Shown here piece by piece: positions 38,076-49,042 of a stretch of 64,000 nucleotides of DNA. The stretch's first letter is position 1. Every line of letters begins with the position of its first letter. Below the pieces are notes generated by a model. That model was not told the DNA's origin. It was given only the letters and a program-made list of their open reading frames with translations, and did not search any database. A program made the translations under genes and the position numbers. This stretch comes from Phallusia mammillata. Lineage: Eukaryota. The stretch lies in the NCBI GenBank assembly GCA_965637545.1, contig OZ281496.1:13144001-13208000 (forward strand), given 5' to 3'.

Positions 38076-40501
38076 TAATGTCTGAAACAAGTCGACAGTT
38101 AACTCTTTTGGCAATTAAAACAACTTAGTCAACGTTTCGTCGTCCCACTTATTAGAGAAAGGATCCGGTCGGCCGTTGTTTGAACGGTTCTCCTATTGGA
38201 TATTAGAAACCTAAGCAGATCCAGATGGAAAGATTTTAACAACCTACGTGAGATGCTGTCGCACAGAACATATCAACTACATGCTACACTTTTCGGTGAT
38301 TGTGACGAATTCACACTAGCGTAACGGTTCTATCTTTATTTTATGGCTTTTCTAGAACAAAGGCACAGCCGCGTTCAGCAGGCTAGAAAACTAGCTTCCA
38401 ATAATACATGCTACTTTGGTGCAATATGTGCCAAATTTATCCTGCCCAATCAATATTATGTTCTTGACCGTTTTTGTGAAACATTACTTATATCTTCAAA
38501 TATTCAAATGAAGTTTTAGATTCTTATGTACTTTTGCGTTAATATCTAATTACCGTTTGCCCCTACATTCTATTTGAAAAAAAAAACTTTAATTATTATT
38601 CTTCGCATTTCTTTTATAATAATTCTTTTGCTAACAACGAAATAAAATAACGATGTAATCAACCGTTCCGCTCGTGCATACCGAATAATGTAGTAGGCCT
38701 TTTCACGCACTTTTAAAGTCCTGATATTATCAATCGTCTGTTCTAACGTTCATGTTGCTGTCCTGAGTGGAAATGCCAGGACTTCAACCTCGCTTGTGAT
38801 AATAAGCTTCTTTCGCCAACACTGTAACAGCAAAAATTCCTAGCGTTCTGTTATATTTTGCTTACATCAGCCTACGTAATATGAACTGCAATCGACTGCT
38901 GATTTCATTTCCCGCGATGTTTAAATGCCATCACAGATGTCGAAAAATGTTGTTAATACTTATGACGGCTAAAGCATCAGTCACATTATTCTGTTGAGTA
39001 ATTTTAGCTTGTAATAGAAAGGCATTTGCAGAAACAGCTGGTGCCAAAACAAAAACATCACTTTAGCTTTAGAGTTCTTTTTTTCATTTTCTTTTAGATA
39101 AGGGTGTTAAAATGTTGCATTATCTGTTTGACGCAAAGCAAAAAGATTTAGAAGGGGTGTCAACTAATTAGTGATATGGAAGATCAAACACATAACGATG
39201 CAAGCCAACATCCTCTCTACGTTCTAATTCTCCACAAGATTGTCGCACCTTTTTTTCCGCGTTTGTTTGATTTTACCTTTGAGGTTTGCGTTGGTAAATT
39301 GTTTGTTACTTAATACTGATGTTTTAAAGCGTTCTGGAGCAATGAATCTTACACAACTAATATACAATCTTGCTGACGGGAAGGTATTGTTTCAGTGAAG
39401 TACTGTGCGCTCTTACAGAAAGTTATAGTTAAATGTCAGGGTTCTCAACACGTTCCAGGCCATGGACCACAGCCCCAGCCATAATAATATCGTGGACCAT
39501 TTTTTTAGCAAGATCGAAGTATGCATACAAAACTACTATTTGGACTTGAGACATAATTCTTTAAACCCGATTTTCAAGAAGTTAGATACAATAACATTTT
39601 GATACTCTTTCAACATGATTATCACCAAATTTAGTGGACGTCCTGTAGACCACTAAAAAACTCGTGCACCACCAGTTTGCATTAGGGGGTTGTTAGAGAG
39701 TGTAGCCAGATTTTTCCCAAAATTTACGGGCTATTGGTTGGACAAGACTTCAAAATTGTCTCCCGTGAGATGTGTAGTAAGTTTCTATTAACCATCATGC
39801 TTGCATAGTTGTAAACACTCTGTAGAAGCACAGCCCTCGCATATTCGGCTACATACAAGTTTATCAGATCGGCCACATGACAACTAACAATGCCATGTCG
39901 TTTTCAGGTGTATCGCTCGCTTCAGAAAAGCATGTAGATCGTAATGTCGTAAAACTAAATCTTCTAAACTCTTGTAATGTTGACTGGTACTGTGTATGAA
40001 AATATCGAAGTTTTAACCCTCGAGGAAGACAGGCACAGTCAAACTAGTTCCATTTAGTGGGTGCCATTTTTTTCCTTGCAACAAAACATATTTAACACCT
40101 TATCAGTTTCCTTGCACCCCTGTCTTCAAACACAGAAGATGGTAGGGGACAAAGAAACTCGGAGGCTAAAAAGACTTGTGTTGTTTTCGCACCACTTGTT
40201 TCTACATCCGATTTTTTTTACAAATCAAACTTTATCTGATTTAGCAGTGGAGTTCAAAGAAATAGAAGGGAATGAGGGCAGCAGTTGATTGTGGTAATAA
40301 AAGACACAAGAAATTTATTGCATATCAGATGTAGTGAATGTTAGCAAACATGCAGAGCCAAAAACTATTGTTCAGGCTGTGAACATTGGGACCGTGGCAG
40401 AATATTATTTACATGTTGTTTTTTTAAAAAAACTTTTTGAGGTATAAGGAGTTATATAGAGACCTAAAAGATCGATTGTTCAAAAAGTTTGCAGGATCAT
40501 A

Positions 40502-41530
40502 ATGGCAAACCTGGAAATGAAATCGAAGTGTACAGGTTTCTCCTCTTTGAAATACAAACGTCATTCTGAAAATAAAAACTCAACGCGACGCTTTAAAACT
40601 CAACTGATCTTAAAAGAACATATTGGAGAAGCTGATCAGTTCGAACGACCACAGTTGATTCACACTGTAAAGAAACCTCATAGATGTGATGTTTGTGAGA
40701 AAGTATTTGGGAGCTACGGAAACTTGAAGAGACACATGTTGACTCGCACCAAAGAGAAACCCTATAGATGTGATGTTTGTGAGAAAGTATTTGGACGCTA
40801 TGGCAACTTGAAAAGACATATGTTGACTCACACCAAAGAGAAATCTCAGCAATGTGTAGTTTGTGAGAAAAGATTTAGTTCGACAGGTTATTTGAAGACA
40901 CATTTGTTGATCCACAGTAACGAAAGACCGCATGAATGTAACATTTGTAAAAAACGATTTAATAGCTCCGAAAATTTAAAAACGCACATATTGACTCACA
41001 CGCATGAGAAACGCCACCGATGTGATATATGTGAAAAGGTATTTATCACGGGCGGGTTGTTAAAAAAACACATGTTGACCCACACCAATGTCAAAAAGCA
41101 TCATTGCGACCAAGAAAAGATTCAGGAGCAGTGGGGATTTGAAAAAACACATGGTGACTCACACCAACGAAAAACACTATCGATGTAATGTCTGGGGGTT
41201 TGTGAGAATCGATTCTGTCGTAGAGATGCTTTAAAACAGCGGTTCCCAAACTGGGGTCCGTGAGGCAATTTTGGGGGGGACCGCGAAGCGGTTGAAGTAA
41301 TTCAATAATCTTATATGGCGTCAGTTTGTGCCATTAAATAAGTTTAAATCAAAGTAGAAGCCTCGAAATAATGGCAAAGGGACCGTTTTGAAAAAAATAT
41401 GAAAAAGTTTGGGAACCACTGCTTTAAAAAGTCTCACACCAAAGAAAACAACGGTAATGTGGCCAATGTGGAAAAGGACAATAGAGTAAAAAAAAACGCC
41501 GCTGCTTTAAAAAAACATACTTTCGTCCAC
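40502..41530 (+). pseudogene. C2H2 zinc-finger array gene (5 in-frame fingers plus about 2 damaged), frameshifted and interrupted by a MITE
   Basis: ORF 40502-41188 has CDVCEKVF...LKRHMLTH repeats. Frameshift at about 41110. A hAT MITE is inserted after CENRFCRRDALK. Confidence 0.8.
41237..41421. mobile_element. hAT MITE, 185 bp
   Basis: TIR cagcggttcccaaact / agtttgggaaccactg (15/16) and a perfect TSD ctttaaaa. Confidence 0.95.
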
Positions 41531-42559
41531 TTATATGTTATAGTTAGTAAAAAACTACTTGTGTTTTTTTGCGGTATTATAATTTGAAGCGTTACGTTGA
41601 ATTATTTTTGGAGACTTATTTGTATTGTTTTGTTTAATAGTTGTCCCTGCAATGAAAATGTATGAAAATATGTTGGTGAAAAGTGTAAAATTAGAACATG
41701 TCCGGGCACATTTGCGAACAATCCAATGCGGCACAGTTGTGTTTTGTATTTCTCCTTGTTTACCGACTGTTGTTGCTGTTTCTTCGTTTGGTTGTTAAAG
41801 TTAATGATGTTCTTGTTCATGTTTACTCGTCATCTGTTCATGCGATTTTCTCTTTTTATAGTTAAATTTTGTGGAAAATTTCAAGAAACTATATTGCATA
41901 TCTAAATCTATGTTCCAAGAGGATACATTACAGACAGAACATACGAAAACACCCGTGTAAAATAAAATAGACTATTGTGATTAAATTGTACCTTTACAGG
42001 ATTTAGATGATTAGGCCTACGTTAGGTTTGTAGGCTTATTGTGACGTTATAAACGACTAAGATAAAGTTGTTTGAATCTTTTCAGGCACATAATCAATCT
42101 CAATTCTTATCAAGTGTTAAAACAACAGCATTCCTGTGGCCGCCAAGTCGTCATGGTTGTACGGCCCTGTGTTATAGTTTGTGCCAAATAGGGGCTGTCG
42201 AAAAACATTAAGGTGTGACACGCTACACAGAATATACTATAAAATATATGGCAAGTTAACGAATATACTCTTTAGCAAGAACTTTCTTCAACATGCATTG
42301 AGGTTTAGGTAGTAAACGAACGTGTTGTCTACGCCTGCAGTTTCACGACACACCTGGTAGGTTGTTTGAACACGCGTGTTGTCAAAAAAAAACGGAACAG
42401 TGCATAATAAATAGGAAAAACGGAACAGTGCATAATAAATAGGAAAGAAAAGTTTGAAAGAACAAAAATAAAGGAACACTGAATATAAAAAAAAACAATT
42501 GCCACACAGTGAATTTTTGCACATTAGTTTTAAGTATTTCAAAAAACAATTAATTAAAA

Positions 42560-44172
42560 TTTAAAGCCAATCTATCATAAAAGGTTTCAACCCGAAGTAC
42601 CTTTTGCCTGCCATCTTCATTGAGAACAATGTATGGATACTTAGGCATGTTTCCAGGTTGGTCCTTTTAAGAAAATAGCCAATATTACAACATGTTTAAA
42701 CAAACATACAAATTGTAATAACATTTTTGCTGTAAGTATCACATGGAAACAAGTATTTTAGAACTTTATGTGAATTTAGTACAATTCCCTACCTTTGCCA
42801 AGAAAAAAATGCTCTTGCTCTGCTTTTGAGCGACTTCTTTCTCTGCGTATCTCAGCAGAGCTAGCATTTGTTTGCCAGATGGTTCCCCATTATCTGGCAT
42901 ATTAATTGCTTAATTTGTCTTTATAAGGCTGCAAAACAACATATGCTAACATGGTAAAAAATTTGAAATGTAACATAAAAAAATTACATATGCAATGGTA
43001 TTTACATGTTGAAGATTTCTTCCTACTTTTCTTGGCTATATTGTTCTAAATCTGGAATGGTGGGGGATAATAGAAAGCCCCAAGTGCAATTATCTACAAA
43101 CAACAAAATAGGTGTCACATGTAACACCTAAAACTGCTGCACAGAGATAACATGTTTTTAGAGTGAAACTACTATATCAGGTTTGCTTATACAGATTTAG
43201 CAATCATAATGTTCATTGAATATTTACCACATGAGGCTTTTTGGAGGAATCCAAATTCTAAACTTTACTCATTTTCCGTGGTTTTTCTGTTATCCACTTT
43301 TTCAAAAGTGGAGCTAATTGCCTAATTAGGTTTCGTACGTGATTCTGCAAGAAATTACACAGTGTTACTAACAATATGTATGAGCAACGATATATTAAAT
43401 TCACCTAGCGACTCCGCGACTTGGAAATTTCATTTTGGATTTCCATTTTCAAAGATGAAAGCAAGCTCTCATTTTTGTCTCCATCTTCAGCCAGAAACCC
43501 CATAATTTCACCTAAAGTAGGCAAGGTGTTCGATATGGAGCCATGTTTTGTCCTTTTGTGAATTCGAACACTTTGGCTAAGATCTTTCTTTAGACGAGCT
43601 TAGACAAAAAATAAGGTTTACTTATCCTGTAAGGTACTAAAAATTTACACATGTTCAAAAACATACAAGTCGATGCATTGGCCCTGCGTGGATAAAAGGA
43701 TCTTCCAACTGAGGAAACCTTTTAATTAGGTGTAGGCACAGTTTGTCGTATTCGTTCGGCAAATCATGCTTCATAGTTAAAAAAAATCTTGCAGATTCTC
43801 GTCTTAACTTCGAACGGACCACTGGAATCCTGTTGTTTTCCTCAGCTTCTAATATCTCTTTTGAGAACGGTGGATATGAAATATTTGTACACATATAATA
43901 TTTACATTTTTACTTCGCAGCTTTTCATAAAACAATAAATATTTTTCATACAATAATTTTTTGTCCTCTAAAGATCCAACTAATGCATGACGGCCAAGAT
44001 TTCCAGTCATCATACAAGATGTGGCACAAATTCGACTTAAAACTATTGCAATTAGTTTATTGCGAAACAAATCAGAACAGTACTGATTTCTTTCCGGCCA
44101 TTTTTTAACATCACAATTTTCACAATAAATATTACTGCCTTTAAATGTGTCATACTGAGTTTTGTAACGCAT
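42560..44172 (-). pseudogene. Degenerate spliced gene, possibly the SAMD3-like accessory gene of EnSpm elements
   Basis: ORFs 43849-44172 and 43655-43894 (RSKLRRESARFF...EYDKLCLHLIKRFPQLED) plus further exon-like pieces with stops. The resemblance is weak and from memory. Confidence 0.3.
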
Positions 44173-44189
44173 ATAAAATGGTGATGTTA

Positions 44190-44292
44190 TATGGGGGTGT
44201 TTGGTGTTTTGTCACCCCCCTCAGAAAATTGGTGAAATTTGCCGGACTCCCATTTCGAAAACGTTGTGCGTAGATTAAATAGGCCAAACGTG
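44190..44292 (-). repeat. Truncated copy of the right subterminal region of the 56426-57597 hAT MITE
   Basis: ggggtgtttggtgttttgtcacccccctcagaaaattggtg...gtgcgtagattaaataggccaaacgt matches the reverse complement of 57487-57580. Confidence 0.8.
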
Positions 44293-44334
44293 GACAAAAG
44301 CGGCTAAGATGACAAACATTCTTTAGCCTAAATA

Positions 44335-44442
44335 TAGTTTTAAAGACGAGAACCTTTGTCCAAGACAAAATAATTTAGGCAGTCGAATTAGTTTTAAAGA
44401 CGAAAACCTTTGTCCAAGGTAAAATAATTTAGGCAGTCGAAT
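44335..44442. repeat. Tandem duplication, 2 x 54 bp
   Basis: tagttttaaagacga(g/a)aacctttgtccaag..aaaataatttaggcagtcgaat occurs twice. Confidence 0.9.
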
Positions 44443-44537
44443 AGGAACCAAACCCGCGGAGCCAGGTTTGCTAATTTGCGGCAGGTGTTATTTGAGAAAA
44501 AAAACGGTGAGACTGGGATGACGTTGACTCAATTTAA

Positions 44538-46026
44538 CATAAAAAGTTAGGTTTTTGGGTTCATTTTATTATTATTATTATAAAACCTCAGACCAACCCT
44601 AATAACCGTCAGCAGTTTTACACAAATTACATTTAAATTATTTGTGTGCGCCACCTGCCAGAAATTAGCAAACCTGGCTACTCTGAGTTCCTCAGTTAGT
44701 ATCTCCACCATATTTTGAGCATTAAAAATTCAGCCCATATAATTTTGCGACCGCCACCACGAAATTATTGCATTTAGAAAAACGTAACAAAAAATACACG
44801 CGATAACAGCTACAGTATTTGTCAAAAATAACGAATCGTAAGCAGTCGCGCAGCGCAGACCGTGGAGTTGATGGGTAGATTTAAACCAATTTAAAAACTG
44901 CATACCAACTCGAACCTATTAGTTTACCCGAACACGATAATATACGTTTTTTGAAATCTAAAGCGAACATATAGTAAGATTGTCCAAGAAGTGGTGTATA
45001 GTAAAAGAGGTCAAAACAGCGATACAAACTGAACACGTGCAAAGCTCAGAGGCAAAGAACTAGCAAAACTAGAAAATGGCAAGACGTAACGTAACTAATA
45101 AGTGGAATGTCATCGACCTAAAGACGAGGAAAAAGAATAAAAGTGAGGTGTACAACAAGCAATGAGAAAGCAGCAATGAGCAAATAACTGGTGGTAGAAT
45201 CATTTTTTAAAGATATTTACTTTTCAGATATCTAAAAGTATGACAGGATGCATTTGTGTAAAAACGACATTAAAACACAGGTGTATTTTCTGTTTGATAG
45301 TATGGCAGTATGGTTGTCCGCATAGTGGCGCAATTGCGCAACTCGGTCGTTGTTTGCCGACAGTCAAACGTTTTCCAAATTGCGCGATGGGCATTCCAAC
45401 GTGATAGCAACTTGGTTTTGGTTGAGCCAAAGTATTGCTTGCCACGCTTATGGTACACGACTACCGGCGTTAGGACATATCAATTTTTTTTAGATGTCAA
45501 AAAGCTGCACATAACCTTTTTTTTATTAGTAATTTCGGGACACAAAGCTTTGGTGATTACCAAAATTGACACAAACCGCGCATTTGTTCGCATTGGTGAT
45601 AGACGTACCTTTGAGATTAGTAAGAAAATGTGCCAATGTGTGTTGCCATTTGTAAAGCTTTATCTATTTGGTTAATAAAGTGCATGGTGGAAATTGCTCA
45701 AAACAAATCGTTTTTAAAACTTTGATTTGACTTTTGGCTGAAACCGTTTTTTCCCCAAGTCTCTGCAACGTGTATCATATCTTCCGCCATTCTCCGATAA
45801 AAACCAGAAACAATACTTTTTTTCCTGAACTTGTTTATATATTCTATGTCCAGTTCGTTTGGGCGACGCATACGAATATTGAGCCGAGAGTAAAATGCCT
45901 CTCAACATCAAATTAAGAAACTCATTAAAAATATCTGCTTTAGCGGTGAAGTTGCTAAGGTTAGGTTAAAAACCTAGTTTGCCTAGCGGTGGGCAAAAGA
46001 TAATTGCCTAGAAGTATTCTGAAGGT
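44538..46026 (-). mobile_element. Dispersed repeat copy 2 carrying a Penelope-like GIY-YIG fragment
   Basis: Minus strand reads KCAVCVNFGNHQSFVSRN...HKRGKQYFGSTKTKLLSRWNAHR, matching the Penelope C2 linker and the GIY-YIG Y.G.T...L..R...H motif. Confidence 0.7.
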
Positions 46027-46544
46027 TCTAACTCGTAGGACGTAGATAAAGCAAGGACGGATTCATTTTAAAATTCTTTGACAGATTACTTTCTCATTTG
46101 CTTCATACTATTTTAGAAATGTTGCGCACTTACGTAAAAATAAATGACTTGGAACACTTTTTGAGAAAAACTGTTATACTTTTGTTTGGTATTCGAAAGA
46201 CGCGAACGGCTTGTAGAGATTGGAAATGTGAAACTCACGGCCGTAAAAAGTCAACCTCTTCCAGATAAACTATTATTGTCGAAAACTGTCTGCCAAATCG
46301 TTGAGATTCCAAACATACACCGGTGCTTGCAAACGAATCGTAATGAAACAAAGACTTTTAAACCAATTAAAGTGCTAAAAATATTCACAAAAAGTATCCA
46401 GCACATGCTTATTATTGACATAAAATCGTAATTGTAGTTCGCCCAAATTTTAATGTTAAATATTGAAACATATCACACAATGTGCTTTAGTCATGCTGTT
46501 GTTCCAAACTGTCTTGTCTAGTCCATTTGTTTCGATCGGAAGAA

Positions 46545-46996
46545 TCAAGCTATCGCTGCAATTGTAAAAAATAATAGTTTTAGCAAAGAAGTAAATTAAA
46601 ACTTATTTAATAAAACATTTAGTAAGATCAGTCAAAACACGGTGTTTTTCAAATTTCATCCCCCATGCTTTGTGAGGAAGGCAAATACTGAAACTAGAAC
46701 AAAACTCTTTCCAAAAATCGGCACCTACAAAGCTTTGATAAACTTTAGTAAACGCAACTATAAAAAAAACACTTACGGTTGCAGACGGTCCCGTCTCCTG
46801 AAAAACCAGCCATACATTGGCAAGTATAACCAAGACCATTGCTCACGCAAATGGCATTAGCGGCACAAGGGTAATTGGAGCAATATTTCGTTGGGCCTTC
46901 TTGCCCTTGTGAGTTTCCCTCCAGCGCATACGACAGATGCGCAAAACAGATCATCGCCACATACAAGGTAACAAACTTAGCTACTTGAATCTTCAT
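46545..46996 (-). CDS. Predicted small secreted protein: signal peptide plus one EGF-like domain, 76 aa, two coding exons (46777-46996 and 46545-46555)
   Basis: MKIQVAKFVTLYVAMICFAHLSYA is a hydrophobic leader. CSNYPCAANAICVSNGLGYTCQCMAGFSGDGTVC has six-Cys EGF spacing. Donor AAC C|gtaagt at 46776; acceptor ttttttacaattgcag|CG ATA GCT TGA. Confidence 0.7.
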
Positions 46997-49042
46997 TTCC
47001 TAAAGTTCTGGTCGGTAGTTGATGATCTAAATTACAAAATTATATACTGGTCTTGTTGCGAACTATGCGCCGTTTGTGTTGACAATATCAGATTTAAATT
47101 ACCAAGTGTACCAGGTCGCACGTAAAGTATCCCTATAAGCTGTTCTGATGTAGACCTGGTAACACCACTGATGTATTAAAAATAAAAATATATTACGGAT
47201 AGCTACAAATTGTGCACAACTCAAAATGCGGAGCGAACGCAAATTAAACGAGAACAAGAACATAACCATGACTACGATATCACGTACTATAAGTACACTT
47301 TAAGACACGAGATTATAAAAGCGTTTCTATCAAAATGGCTTAAGGAGAACAAAGAATTATTAGAGGTCAAGCAGCCTGACCTTTTCAGAGCGGCAACTCG
47401 AACAGAAAATCGCCTAAAGCGATGTTTGGTCAGGCGTGATCCGTAAAGTGAATCTTGTTCAACCATTGTTTTGTTGACCATCTTAAATCGCAAACGAAGC
47501 CCATTCGTGGAGATTTACAGGTTGGCAAATTCGCTTACACCCAGTTTTGCGGCTGATGGTTGGTAGGTTGTAAGATAATTTTGTTCTTCCCCGTAGTTTA
47601 TACCCGTTGATTGAATTTACTTACTTATTGTTGATTGTCGTTAGATACTTGTTTCGCTCTCACCATATCCTTGCAACCCTTAGTCCAGTAGCGCCTTGTT
47701 GGCTCGTCGCGCACTATGGAAACAACTACAGCGGCAAGCGCATGTAAACAACTAAACAAAATTAAACAAATCGAACCTCGGAAGTCTATAGAAAAAAGTC
47801 AATGGGGGTAAATGCAGGTCATTTTTTTTTGGAAGAAAGGTAACGACAGTTGTAAATAAATACAGTGTGAAATCTTGTTTTTAAACGTCGGGTGTTACAA
47901 AAAGTAGGTTTTTAAGTATTCCACGAACAGACGAACTTGATTATGCTTCGATATTCCGAGAATGCAACAAAATGTTTTTATTTACTGCTTAAAGTCAATG
48001 TACCACTGATATTTGTAAGCAATGATGTAATGGTTTTAAAAATCATTTTCCACTGGGTGTCGCTACAGAACTAGGTAAATAAATAAATAAAAAAATCGTC
48101 TGGACATTTTTGCTTTTAATCTGAAATCATACAATTCGAGGCTGAAACACGTGACATCAGACAGTCATCCAAAGCGCTTTTTATATGCACAAACATTGAA
48201 ATGGACGCTTAAATGCAAAAGCGTTGACGAGTTACCTACCCACCGTCGTGTTGTCGATCATTATTCTATGTTACATTCGCGGATATACATGGTTAGATCG
48301 GGATCTCCCTAAATAGTTTCGTGCAGTGAACCGAAGTACCACTTAATGCACATTTCTGATTAATTGCGTGGTCCAACTTATTTTACTGCATAAATACATT
48401 TCTAAAAACCCGAATTACTATAAAATGTCGTTTTCTGATGTTTCAATATTGTAATCATATTCTTACACTGAAACCAGCAATCTGTCACCAAGAGCAAAAC
48501 TGTACGTCTTTTCGGGAGTTCGGAGTGGGTTGTGCTCGTGTTTTATGAAACAATATATTTGCGCGACTCAAAATATCGAAGACCAATATCACCCAAGGGA
48601 GAACCAGGTACGTTGCAAAGAAAAAGGCACATCACGCATTGTGCCAGTCGGTTGATAAATACAGCTGTTTGGGAAAACACCCAGTTGTCGCCACAATGTT
48701 TTTTATGTTAAAATTGTAGGTTTTTACGCATCTTGTGCAAAGGCTTTGTGAAAAGAAGAATTTTTAACGCATTTATACTAATGACTTACCAAACCAAATC
48801 CGACAGCCTGGAACCTGCAAACTGACAAACCAATTTACACTTTTACTCAGAAACGTATTTACACTTTATTGAAGGCCACGATTCAAACAATTTACCACAG
48901 GTTGATTTTGTACAGAAATGCAAAAAAAGAATCAACGTGAAGAACGTGGAATAAATCCTTCAAGGATTGAAACACTTTCCATCAACCGAAACAGTTAGTT
49001 ATTTTTCAATTCTACAACATCGTTTCAAACCTATATTATCTT

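Noticed and set aside
39437-39680. Complete hAT MITE
   Set aside because: Only the left end (cagggttctcaac) is clear; no right TIR or TSD.
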